Assembly: GCA_009692785.1 (NCBI GenBank)
Contig: SHYN01000003.1
Coordinates: forward strand, 1 to 39,404
From: Chloroflexota bacterium
Lineage (GTDB): Bacteria; Chloroflexota; Limnocylindria; P2-11E
DNA length: 39,404 nucleotides
Direction: 5' to 3'
The position numbers and the translations under genes were made by a program. The notes under the pieces were generated by a model. It had not been told where the DNA came from. It ran no database searches and saw only the letters and a program-made list of their open reading frames with translations. The first letter of the stretch is position 1. Each line of letters begins with the position of its first letter. Positions 1-8,728 of this stretch are shown piece after piece.

Positions 1-225
1 CGAGGCCTGAGCGGTCGTGCCCTTGAGCCAGCCCTGATCGCCGGTGTTCGAGAACCCGACGGCGAACTGCCCGCTCTGCCCCGGCGACAGCGAAAGGAAC
101 GAGCTTTCAGAGAAGTAGGCGGCGTGATATCCGGGCGCGGCCGCGGCCGGCGCCGCGAGCGCGAACGGCGCGAGGGCAAGCAGGAGCGCACCAAGGGACG
201 TCGCGAGCGTACGTGGGATCCTCAT
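1..225 (-). CDS. Secreted/surface protein, 5' part only (runs off window start); paralog of the N-terminus of the 33240-35756 protein
   Basis: Not in the ORF track. Manual translation from ATG 225: MRIPRTLATSLGALLLALAPFALAAPAAAAPGYHAAYFSESSFLSLSPGQSGQFAVGFSNTGDQGWLKGTTAQAS. GGAGG SD upstream, Sec signal peptide with AxA site, 32/40 aa identical to the Ig-repeat protein N-terminal domain. Confidence 0.85.
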   Translation of the reverse strand, partial: MRIPRTLATSLGALLLALAPFALAAPAAAAPGYHAAYFSESSFLSLSPGQSGQFAVGFSNTGDQGWLKGTTAQAS

Positions 226-250
226 GCGAGCCTCCATTTCTGTGAGGGCG

Positions 251-1645
251 TCACTGCACCCCCCCGCGGGTCATGGGTAGCGGATCAAGCACGCGTCGGA
301 GATCCGGTTCCGGCATCACATTCTCCGCCAAACCGACCTCGAGCAGCGAGCGGCGCTCCGCGAGTGCCTTCTTCACGAGCGTGGCGGCGCGGTCATACCC
401 GATGTGCGGCGCCAGCGCCGTCACGACGAGCGATGGGCTGGCGTCGAGGAGCTCACGTGCCCGCTCGGCGTCCACCTCCATGCCCTCGACGCACCGCAGG
501 CGGAAGACGCGCGTCGCGTTCGTGAGGATCGTGGCCGAGAAGCACAGCGCAAAGGCCATGCCCGGCATCATGACGTTGAGCTCGAGCTGGCCGGCCTGCG
601 CGCCGAACGCCACGGCGGTGTCGTTGCCGATCACCTGGTAGCAGACCTGATCGACCATCTCGGCGATCGAGGGGTTGATCTTTCCTGGCATGATCGACGA
701 CCCCGGCTGCACAGCCGGGATCCGCAGCTCGCCGATGCCGGTGCGCGGGCCCGAAACGAGCAGCCGGATGTCGTTGGCGATCTTTGACAGCTCGAGGGCG
801 GCCGTCCGCATCTCGCCCGAGGCCCGCACGAATGCACCGGCCGACTGCATCGAGGCGAAGAGGTCCTTGGCCGGCACGATCAGCTGCCCGGTCCACGCCG
901 CGAGATACGCGCAGACCCGTCCGGCGTATTCCGGATCGGCGTTGAGTCCCGTCCCGGCGGCGGTGCCGCCGATGCCGAGCTGACCGAGCTCGGGCTTCGC
1001 GCCTCGGATGCGGGCGGCCGAGTCGCGGAGCATCGTCCCCCACGCGCCGATCTCCTGCCCAAAGGTCATCGGCACCGCGTCCTGGAGGTGGGTCCGTGCG
1101 GCCTTTGGGACCGTGGCCCAGAGGGCGGCCTTGGCGGCGAGCACATCGGCGAGCGCGTCGAGCTCCGCGCAGAGCGGGTCCACGAGCGCGAGCATCGCGA
1201 GCCGGATCGCGGATGGGGTCACGTCGTTCGTCGACTGCGCCATGTTCACGTGGTCGTTCGGATTGACTGGGGTGTACACGCCCCGCTTACCGCCGAGCCA
1301 CTCGTTCGCCAGGTTGGCGATGACCTCGTTGCAGTTCATGTTGTGCGAGGTCCCCGCCCCGGCCTGAAAGACGTCGACAACGAATGCCTCGCGGTGCCCT
1401 CCCGCGAGGATCTCGTCGCAGGCGGCGACGATGGCGTCGCGCATCACCTTGTCAAGGCGCCCCGCATCATGGTTCGCGCAGGCTGCCGCCTTCTTCAGGA
1501 GCACCGGAGCGTCGATGAACGCCGGAAAGGCCCGGTAGCCCGAGATCGGGTAGTTGTCGACGGCGCGCTGCGTCTGCGCGCCCCAGAGCGCGGTCTCGGG
1601 GACCATGACGTCGCCCAAACTGTCGCGCTCGCGACGGACGTTCAT
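251..1645 (-). CDS. aspA: Aspartate ammonia-lyase (fumarase/aspartase superfamily)
   Basis: GSSIMPGKINP signature, RTHLQDAVP; VDVFQAGAGTSHNMN and DHVNMAQSTND resemble AspA more than FumC. Start moved to MNVRRERDSLG (ATG 1645). Confidence 0.85.
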   Translation of the reverse strand: MNVRRERDSLGDVMVPETALWGAQTQRAVDNYPISGYRAFPAFIDAPVLLKKAAACANHDAGRLDKVMRDAIVAACDEILAGGHREAFVVDVFQAGAGTSHNMNCNEVIANLANEWLGGKRGVYTPVNPNDHVNMAQSTNDVTPSAIRLAMLALVDPLCAELDALADVLAAKAALWATVPKAARTHLQDAVPMTFGQEIGAWGTMLRDSAARIRGAKPELGQLGIGGTAAGTGLNADPEYAGRVCAYLAAWTGQLIVPAKDLFASMQSAGAFVRASGEMRTAALELSKIANDIRLLVSGPRTGIGELRIPAVQPGSSIMPGKINPSIAEMVDQVCYQVIGNDTAVAFGAQAGQLELNVMMPGMAFALCFSATILTNATRVFRLRCVEGMEVDAERARELLDASPSLVVTALAPHIGYDRAATLVKKALAERRSLLEVGLAENVMPEPDLRRVLDPLPMTRGGVQ

Positions 1646-1672
1646 CTGGGTTGCTAGCATACGACCTGCGAC

Positions 1673-3586
1673 GTGCAACAAAACCATCTGACATGGATGA
1701 TCGGTGGCCCGCAAGGCTCCGGCATCAATGCCTCAGCCGAAGTCTTCGCCAAGGCCTGCAGCCGGGCAGGACTCCGTGTCTACGCGAACATCGAATACCA
1801 CTCGAACATCATGGGAAAGCACGCCTTTTACCGGGTGCGGGTCGGCGACGAGGACGTCCGCTCCTTCAAGGACAACACCGACATCCTCGTCGCCCTCGAC
1901 GACGAGACGCTGACCGGCGACGCGCACCACCGGCGCTGGGCCACCCACTACGGCCACCTCCACGAGGTGTCCGAGGGGGGCGGCGTCATCTACGACACGG
2001 AGACCGGCTACGACCACACGGCCGCGGTCCGGAAGGACCTCACCTTCTACCCGGTCCCCTTCATGGAGGTCATCAAGGCGGCGCTCACCGAGATCGGCAA
2101 GGGTTCACAGTTCCGGGCCTACGAGGTGATGAAGAACGTCGTCGCGCTCGGGGCGTCGCTCGCACTCTGCGACTTCCCCTTCGATCTGGTCGCGAGCGTC
2201 GTGCAGGACCAGTTCAAGGGCAAGCGTGAGGAGATCGGCGCGCTCAACGTCCGAGCCGCCCGGCTCGCCTTTGACCACGTTCGGGAGCACCTCGACGCGA
2301 AGAACTTCCCCTACCGCCTCGGCCCCGGCCCCGAGCCGAAGGCGAGGATCCTCGCAAAAGGCTACGAGATCATCGCGATCGCCAAGCTGCGTGCCGGCTG
2401 CGCCTTCCAGACCTATTACCCCATTTCGCCCGCGACCGACGAGAATGTCTTCCTCGAAAAGAACCAGCGCGCCTACGACCTCATGGTCGTGCAGTGTGAG
2501 GACGAGATCTCGGCGATCAACATGGCGGTGGGCGCCGCGCACATGGGTGTGCGTGCGGCGACCGCGACGAGCGGCCCGGGCTTTGCCCTGATGGTCGAGG
2601 GGATCGGCTTCGCCTCGATGACGGAGGCGCCGGGGCCGATCATCACGATGTACCAGCGAGGCGGCCCGTCCACCGGCCTTCCGACGCGTCAGGAGCAGGG
2701 TGACCTCCAGTTCGTTGTCCACCCCGCCCAAGGGGACTTCCCGCACATCGTCATTGCCCCAGGTGACCTTCGCGAGTGCTACCAGGACACGTTCTCCTCA
2801 TTCAACTGGGCAGACCGCTTCCAGCTTCCGGTCGTCGTCCTCGTCGACAAGAAGCTCGCCGCGATCTACACCACGATCGACAAGCTCGAGCTGAAATACG
2901 ACGCGATCGACCGAGGCAAGCGGTGGGACGGGGTCACCCCCACGGGCGCGGACGAGAAGGGGCCGAACGACGGCTTCGCCGCGAACGGCCAGGGCACACC
3001 GCACGACGAGTACCTCCGGTACGCGCTCACGGACGACGGCATCTCGCCGGTCAGCCATCCCGGCCAGGCCGGGGGGCGCTTCTGGTCCACGACCGACGAG
3101 CACGACCCGGACGGCCACATCACCGAGGGTGTCGCGATGCGGATGGCCATGATGGAGAAGCGCATGGGGAAGCTCGCGCGCATCACGGCGCACATCCCGG
3201 CGGACCAGCAATACGCCCTGCACGGCCCGGCGGAGGCCGAGCTCACCGTCGTGTCCTGGGGCTCTCCAAAGGGCACGATCCTCGATGCCCAGAAGATCCT
3301 GGCCACCGAGGGCAAGAGCATCAACTTCCTTCAGTGCCGCCTCATGAAGCCGTTTCCCGCCGCGGCGGTCGAAGCGATCCTCCGGAAGGCGAAGCGCCTC
3401 GTGCTCATCGAGGAGAACTACTCGGGCCAGCTCGGGGCGCTCATCGCGGAGCACACCGGGGTGCGCATCACGGAGCGCATCCTCAAGTACGACGGCAGAC
3501 CGGTCAGCGAGGATGAAATGGTCCGCGCGCTCGCGAACGTGTACGCGGGTGGCAGGGCCGAACCGGTGGTGACGCTTGTCCGTTGA
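1673..3586 (+). CDS. korA: 2-oxoacid:ferredoxin oxidoreductase alpha subunit (gamma-alpha fusion); substrate not determinable
   Basis: N-terminal IGGPQGSGI gamma domain, YYPISPATD, QCEDEISA, ATSGPGFALM, QRGGPSTGLPT motifs; overlaps the beta gene. Confidence 0.92.
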   Translation: MQQNHLTWMIGGPQGSGINASAEVFAKACSRAGLRVYANIEYHSNIMGKHAFYRVRVGDEDVRSFKDNTDILVALDDETLTGDAHHRRWATHYGHLHEVSEGGGVIYDTETGYDHTAAVRKDLTFYPVPFMEVIKAALTEIGKGSQFRAYEVMKNVVALGASLALCDFPFDLVASVVQDQFKGKREEIGALNVRAARLAFDHVREHLDAKNFPYRLGPGPEPKARILAKGYEIIAIAKLRAGCAFQTYYPISPATDENVFLEKNQRAYDLMVVQCEDEISAINMAVGAAHMGVRAATATSGPGFALMVEGIGFASMTEAPGPIITMYQRGGPSTGLPTRQEQGDLQFVVHPAQGDFPHIVIAPGDLRECYQDTFSSFNWADRFQLPVVVLVDKKLAAIYTTIDKLELKYDAIDRGKRWDGVTPTGADEKGPNDGFAANGQGTPHDEYLRYALTDDGISPVSHPGQAGGRFWSTTDEHDPDGHITEGVAMRMAMMEKRMGKLARITAHIPADQQYALHGPAEAELTVVSWGSPKGTILDAQKILATEGKSINFLQCRLMKPFPAAAVEAILRKAKRLVLIEENYSGQLGALIAEHTGVRITERILKYDGRPVSEDEMVRALANVYAGGRAEPVVTLVR

Positions 3587-4526
3587 GACCGCGCCCGTCA
3601 AGCACACGCTCAAGGATTACAAGGTCGACCTTCACAACGATTGGTGTCCGGGCTGCGGCGATTTCGGCATCCTCACCTCGATCCAGATGGCCTTCGCGCA
3701 GCTGAACCTCGACCCCGACAAGGTCGCCGTGTTCAGCGGCATCGGCTGCTCCGGCAAGACCAGCCACTACGTGAACGCGTACGGCTTTCACACGCTCCAC
3801 GGTCGGGTCCTGCCGAGCGCGACCGGCGGCCGGCTCGCGAACAGCGCGGTCACGGTCGTGGCCCTGGGGGGCGACGGCGACGGCTACGGGATCGGTGCCG
3901 GCTACTTCGTGAACGCCGGTCGGCGCAACGTCGATCTCACGTACCTGGTGCACACCAACAACGTGTACGGCCTGACGAAGGGTCAGGCCGCCCCGACGCT
4001 GGCGAAGGGCCTCCGCACCAAGTCGATGCCCGAGGCGAACATCCAGGACGGCATCAATCCCATCGCGATGGCGGTCGCCGCTGGGTACACGTTCATCGCG
4101 CGCGGCTACGCGCTCGAGCCCAAGTACACCGCCGGGATCATCGCAAAGGCGATCCTCCACAAGGGCACAGCGCTCGTGGACATCCTCCAGACCTGCCCGA
4201 CGTACAACGACCTCTACACCAAGGAGTGGTACGACGGTGCCGACCTGCCGCAGAAGCGGTCGCGCCTGTACAAGCTCGAGGACAAGGGCTACGACGGCGT
4301 GGTGAAGGATCCGAGCGACCGCGAGGAGATCATCGCGAAGAAGGCCGCGGCCGTGATGCGCTCCTACGAGCAGGATCCGATCCCCACGGGGATCTACTAC
4401 CAGGTCTGCCTCCCGACGTATGAGGACGGCGTGAACGCACGGATCCCTGCGCTTGCGGCGAAGCCGCTCGCCGACCTCGATGTCTTCCACCGCAACGTGA
4501 CGCCGCTTCTGGAGGCGATGCGCTAG
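3576..4526 (+). CDS. korB: 2-oxoacid:ferredoxin oxidoreductase beta subunit (TPP-binding)
   Basis: WCPGCGDFG, SGIGCSG, HTLHGR, GDGDG...NNVYGLTKGQ TPP motif, QTCPTYN. Confidence 0.93.
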   Translation: MSVETAPVKHTLKDYKVDLHNDWCPGCGDFGILTSIQMAFAQLNLDPDKVAVFSGIGCSGKTSHYVNAYGFHTLHGRVLPSATGGRLANSAVTVVALGGDGDGYGIGAGYFVNAGRRNVDLTYLVHTNNVYGLTKGQAAPTLAKGLRTKSMPEANIQDGINPIAMAVAAGYTFIARGYALEPKYTAGIIAKAILHKGTALVDILQTCPTYNDLYTKEWYDGADLPQKRSRLYKLEDKGYDGVVKDPSDREEIIAKKAAAVMRSYEQDPIPTGIYYQVCLPTYEDGVNARIPALAAKPLADLDVFHRNVTPLLEAMR

Positions 4527-4533
4527 AGGCGCC

Positions 4534-5343
4534 CTAGCGACGCCGCCAGACGGAGGCCAGGGCGACCCCCCATTGGAAGTGGCGGGCGTGGTCGCGAAGC
4601 AGGAACTCGATATCGAAGTGCCGCAACGGGCGGAACTCGGGTTCGAGCACGCGGCGCTGGCCGTCGTAGACCCGGACCACCTTACCCGCGACCTTCTTTC
4701 CGCTGAGCCACTTGGCGCGCGGCGTGTAGCGCGCGAGCCACGAGTGCGGCGATGAGAGGACGAGCAGGCCTCCCGGCTTCACGAGCTGCTTCGTCCGCCG
4801 CAGAAATTTCGCCGGGTCGGGCAGGCGATCGAGGAGGTTGGCGCAGATGACGACGTCAAAGGTGCCGAGGTCGGCGCGCAGGTCCATCGCATTGCCCGCC
4901 TCGAACGACACCTTGCTCCGATCGACGCCGGCCGGGGCCTTGGCGATGCGCGGCGTCGTGACCTCTCCGTCCTCGACCGCGTTGTAGGCGACCCGCCCAC
5001 GCCTCGCGATCGTGTCGGCGGCCCTGATAAAGGTGCGCGACAGGTCGATGCCGGTGGCGTCAGCGCCGAGGCGCGCGAGCTCAAAAGTGGCGCGTCCGAC
5101 TGCGCAGCCGACATCGAGGGCGCGAGCGCCCTTGGGCAGGCGCTCCCTCCCCACCGTTTCGGTCACGACGCGGACCATGTAGTCCAGGCCGTGGCCCAAT
5201 CCTTTAGGCGGCGCGATCTCGGCCCTGGTCCCGTAGTGAAACAGCAGGTACTGCGAGAGGAAGGAGAGGCTCTCGTAGGTCTCACGCGCGGCCGCCGTGG
5301 CGGCGTTCGAGGTATCGGGTGAGGTGGGACGGGACCTAGGCAT
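4534..5343 (-). CDS. SAM-dependent methyltransferase resembling the OvoA C-terminal (mercaptohistidine N-methyltransferase) domain
   Basis: LDVGCAVGRATFELAR SAM motif; YE...LSQYLLFHYG, NLLDRLPDP, SPHSWL..YTP..KWL and F.LRDHARHFQ...VW motifs recalled from the OvoA C-terminal family; GGAGG SD. Confidence 0.75.
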   Translation of the reverse strand: MPRSRPTSPDTSNAATAAARETYESLSFLSQYLLFHYGTRAEIAPPKGLGHGLDYMVRVVTETVGRERLPKGARALDVGCAVGRATFELARLGADATGIDLSRTFIRAADTIARRGRVAYNAVEDGEVTTPRIAKAPAGVDRSKVSFEAGNAMDLRADLGTFDVVICANLLDRLPDPAKFLRRTKQLVKPGGLLVLSSPHSWLARYTPRAKWLSGKKVAGKVVRVYDGQRRVLEPEFRPLRHFDIEFLLRDHARHFQWGVALASVWRRR

Positions 5344-5391
5344 GCGGCGTACCTCCGGCGCTCTCTCTTCGGGATCCTTCGATCACCGCGT

Positions 5392-5865
5392 TCACGATGC
5401 GCTGCGGGCTCGAGCCGCGGCGAGGCGCTGAGCCTGACGCACCTCTCGCCGGCACCACGCCAGAAGCGCATCGAACATGCCGAGGATCGCCGCAAGCCGC
5501 ACGGGATCCTCGTCGTGGGCCTCGCAGTAGCCGAGGATGATCGCCTTGAGGCCCTCGGCCTGCGCAGGAAGCTCGGGCACCTCCGTGGCCTTGTCGGCAC
5601 CGTGGACGAGACGAGCCATGAGAACGAGCGCCTCGTCGGTGAGCGCGTACCTCAGCAGGATGGATTCAAAAGCGCAGCGGCCGTCGATGTCGCCCAACTC
5701 CGCGCCCGCTGTGTCAAAGGCGGTCGCACCGGTGCGCGCCGCGACGGCATCCACCTCGGCCGCCGCCGCGTAGAGGAACTCGGCCTCGCGGTCCACGAAG
5801 CGCAGGATGAGCCACGCCGACGCGAGGCGGTCGATCTTCGCATCGGAGCGCGTGAGCCACTTCAA
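5392..5865 (-). CDS. chrB: Chromate-resistance ChrB-domain protein (stand-alone domain)
   Basis: MKWLTR...IDRLASAWLILRFVDREAEF, ATAFD, GRCAFE, VHGAD, AEGLKAI, MFDAL.AWC match the ChrB domain pattern; TTG start. Confidence 0.8.
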   Translation of the reverse strand: MKWLTRSDAKIDRLASAWLILRFVDREAEFLYAAAAEVDAVAARTGATAFDTAGAELGDIDGRCAFESILLRYALTDEALVLMARLVHGADKATEVPELPAQAEGLKAIILGYCEAHDEDPVRLAAILGMFDALLAWCRREVRQAQRLAAARARSAS

Positions 5866-5872
5866 CCGAGCG

Positions 5873-5878
5873 AGCCTA
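5873..5878 (-). promoter_or_regulatory. Putative -10 hexamer (TAGGCT) 7 nt before the chrB start; leaderless-type promoter
   Basis: TAGGCT-cgctcgg-TTG on the minus strand, no SD present. Confidence 0.45.
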
Positions 5879-5906
5879 GGTCACGATCCGCGGTGGGGCA
5901 AACGGA

Positions 5907-6578
5907 CTACGACCGAGCGGGCGCGAACGCCGCGACGAGCGCGAGCCCGTAGGCCACCGAGCGCCCGATGAGTAACGCGAACAGGATGGTGCCGATGCCG
6001 ACGTCGCCGCCGAGCAGCCAGCCGACGCTGAGCACGATCACCTCGATGAGGAGGCGAACGCGGGCGATCGGCCAGCCGGTGCGGTCATGCGCCGCGGTCA
6101 TCCAGCCGTCGCGCGGACCGGGCCCGAGGCCGCAGGTCAGATAGAGGCCGCTGCCCAGCCCCACCAGGACGATCCCCGCGAGCGACATCACGAACTGGAA
6201 AGGCGGGTCGCTCTGCGGCGGGATCACGCGCACGCCGAACGAGAGCGCCACGGCGATGACGACGATGTTGAGCAACGTCCCCAGGCCCGGGCGCTCGCGG
6301 AGCGGGACCCAGAGCAGAAGGACGCCGATACCCACCGCGAGCGTGCTGAGCCCCAGATCGAGCCCGGTGCGGACGGTGATCCCCTGCGCCAGCACGGTCC
6401 AGGAGTCATTCCCAAGGCCCGCCTGCACCTGCATCGCCTGGCCCAGCCCGAACATCGAGAGGCCGGTGACGAGCATGACGAGGGTCAGAGCCTCCGGTCG
6501 CCAGCGCGAGGTCGCGGTCCAGCGGGCACGCGGCACTGTTGCCGAGCCGGTCAGCAGTCGGCGGAACGCGCCGTTCAC
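5907..6578 (-). CDS. YczE/YyaS/YitT family membrane protein
   Basis: About six hydrophobic segments; AGLGNDSWTVL, RERPGLGT, GLGPGPRDG, GGDVGIGT motifs. Start uncertain (GTG 6578 or ATG 6653). Confidence 0.8.
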   Translation of the reverse strand: MNGAFRRLLTGSATVPRARWTATSRWRPEALTLVMLVTGLSMFGLGQAMQVQAGLGNDSWTVLAQGITVRTGLDLGLSTLAVGIGVLLLWVPLRERPGLGTLLNIVVIAVALSFGVRVIPPQSDPPFQFVMSLAGIVLVGLGSGLYLTCGLGPGPRDGWMTAAHDRTGWPIARVRLLIEVIVLSVGWLLGGDVGIGTILFALLIGRSVAYGLALVAAFAPARS

Positions 6579-6908
6579 CGCTCGGCTCGGGTCTGCACTC
6601 GGCTCCGCCCGACCGACCTCTCCGCCAGGATCGCGACGCGCGTCAGGGGCCATGCGTCGACCCACCGATCGATCGAATCTGCTCGGCGTGGGCGCTGGCT
6701 CCCGACCGCCGATCTCTGACAGCGCGCGCCGCGCGACGCCGTCGCTCGCGTGCCGGGGTGCGGTCGTACCATCGTCACAGGGTAATCGCGGGTCGATCGT
6801 CGAACCGCACGCGCGTACGCGCTGCTCGCCGCGCACCCCGGACGCTGGACCGCGACCGAGGCCGTCGCCTGGCTCACCGCTCCCGCTCTTGCGACGGACC
6901 GCTGAGCG

Positions 6909-8471
6909 TTACCGCCCGAAGCACGATTCGCAGAGTTGGAACCATGGCGCGCTCGCCCTGCCGCAGCGACCGCAGGTGCCAAAGGTGTTCTTCACGAGCT
7001 GCCGGTCGATGAGCTGGCCCACGCGGGTGGCCGCCGCCACCTCCAGCGCATCGGCAGCCGCGGCGGTCAGGCCGCCCGCGCCTTTGAAGCGGCGCGCGAA
7101 CCAGCGCAGCACCGTGGCCTCGCCGGCAAGCTGCTCGGCCTCCTCGAGGGCCGCCACGCGGATCTGCCGCATCCGCTCACCCATCCTGATGCGCGCCTTC
7201 GTCGCGACCGACCGCGCGAGCATACCGATGAGGTTGCCCTGACGGTCCGCATCGATCGGTGCGCGGGCGAAGGCCCAGGCTTCGTCCGGTGAGAGCCGAG
7301 CGAGCAGCCGGGCGTCGATCGCAAGAAGCCGGCTGCGGATCGGGGAGACGTCGGCGATCCGGAGCCAGGGCACCGCGTCGGGCACGATCGCCTGGGCCTG
7401 GCGGGTCCACGACCCGAGCGCGCGGCTCCACTCGGTGACGGGCACGCCGTCAAAGTCCTCGGGGCTCGGCCCGAAGACGGCACTCGCGATCCGGCGGAAG
7501 GCGGGTGCGCCGGGCAGCCGGATCCCCGACCGCACGACGACCTCGCTCGGCTTGAGCCAGGACAGACCGACGAGCGTGCCGACCTCACCGGCATCGTGAT
7601 GCCCGAAGCGCCCGGCGCGTCCGGCGACCTGGGCGACCTCCCAGGGCTCGAGCGCCCGACGACCGACACCGTCGAACTTGTCGGTCTCGGCGAACAGGAT
7701 GGTGCGGCACGGCAGGTTCACCCCGTGTCCCAGAACGTCGGTGGCGACGAGAACGTCCGTTTCCCCGGACATGAAGCGCGCGATCTGGCGCCGCCGCTCG
7801 GCGAGGGGCATCGCGCCGTAGAGAGCACCCACCCTGCGTCCCACTTTCGCCAGGCTGAGCTCGCGCGTCAGGGCCAGCACCGCCTTGCGCGAGAAGGCGA
7901 CCACCACGGTCTGCGCTGCGACGGCGGCGAGCTTCGCGGGGCCGGTGAACTCGAGCGGGCCGAAGCGGGTGTAGATGCGCTTCTCGAACCAGGGGAAGGC
8001 CCGCTCGATGAGCGGCAGCGCGTCCTCGGAGCCGACCAGGTGGAGCTCGCGACACTCCGCCCCAAGCAGCAGGCGCGTCCACGCCTCACCGCGCTCGGGG
8101 TCCGCGGTCCAGTGCACCTCGTCGATGACGAGCACGTCCGTGCGGAGCGGCGCGAGCTCGACGGTGCAGGCGATCACGGGCGCGTGCTCGTTGATCCGCT
8201 CCTCGCCGGTGACGAGCCCCGCGTTGTCCGGTCCGAGCTCGAGGGCGAGACGCGCGTGCACCTCCTGAGCCAGCATGCGCAGCGGCGAGGCATAGGCGCC
8301 GCGTCCCGCAGCGACCAGCGCGGCGAGCGCGGCATGCGTTTTGCCGGAGTTCGTCGGTCCAAGGTGCGCGATGACCCGCGGGGTGCCCGACCGGAGCCGC
8401 AGGTTCACGCTGGCCGCCGGCGGAGCTGATCGGCCAGGCGTTGGTGCGACGGCCCCGAAGGACCGCCCCAC
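6909..8471 (-). CDS. Suv3-like superfamily 2 helicase with C-terminal CxxC..CxxC zinc ribbon
   Basis: GPTNSGKT, PLRMLA.E, GLVTGEE, DEVH, VATDVLGHGVN, QVAGRAGR; ends CGRC-x9-CESC. Start uncertain. Confidence 0.85.
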   Translation of the reverse strand: MGRSFGAVAPTPGRSAPPAASVNLRLRSGTPRVIAHLGPTNSGKTHAALAALVAAGRGAYASPLRMLAQEVHARLALELGPDNAGLVTGEERINEHAPVIACTVELAPLRTDVLVIDEVHWTADPERGEAWTRLLLGAECRELHLVGSEDALPLIERAFPWFEKRIYTRFGPLEFTGPAKLAAVAAQTVVVAFSRKAVLALTRELSLAKVGRRVGALYGAMPLAERRRQIARFMSGETDVLVATDVLGHGVNLPCRTILFAETDKFDGVGRRALEPWEVAQVAGRAGRFGHHDAGEVGTLVGLSWLKPSEVVVRSGIRLPGAPAFRRIASAVFGPSPEDFDGVPVTEWSRALGSWTRQAQAIVPDAVPWLRIADVSPIRSRLLAIDARLLARLSPDEAWAFARAPIDADRQGNLIGMLARSVATKARIRMGERMRQIRVAALEEAEQLAGEATVLRWFARRFKGAGGLTAAAADALEVAAATRVGQLIDRQLVKNTFGTCGRCGRASAPWFQLCESCFGR

Positions 8472-8728
8472 CCTCTTCGCTACGGCCGGATGGGGACCGC
8501 AGGACGCGCGGTGCTGCGAAGCATGTGTCGGCCCTCCATGAGTGTTGCCCTGGCGCGATCGCGTGCGGCATCGCCACGACCTCGCGCCGACTCACAAGCG
8601 TATCGGCCGCGCGATCCGCCGGTCAAGCCGATCGGGCAAGTCCAGTCGGATCGCAGCACGCTCCGGCGACGAGGCCCCAGCGCTTCGCTATCGTCGCTGG
8701 AAGGCTCGCGATCGAGCAGGAGGTCCGC

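Noticed and set aside
251-1645. Class II fumarase (fumC) assignment
   Set aside because: QAGAGTS and QSTND motifs fit AspA better than FumC (QTGSGT, QSSND); fumarase activity is not excluded without assay.
6780-6905. Coding-like plus-strand stretch (AYALLAAHPGRWTATEAVAWLTAPALATDR)
   Set aside because: No start or recognisable family and preceded by an in-frame stop; could be a remnant but cannot be supported.
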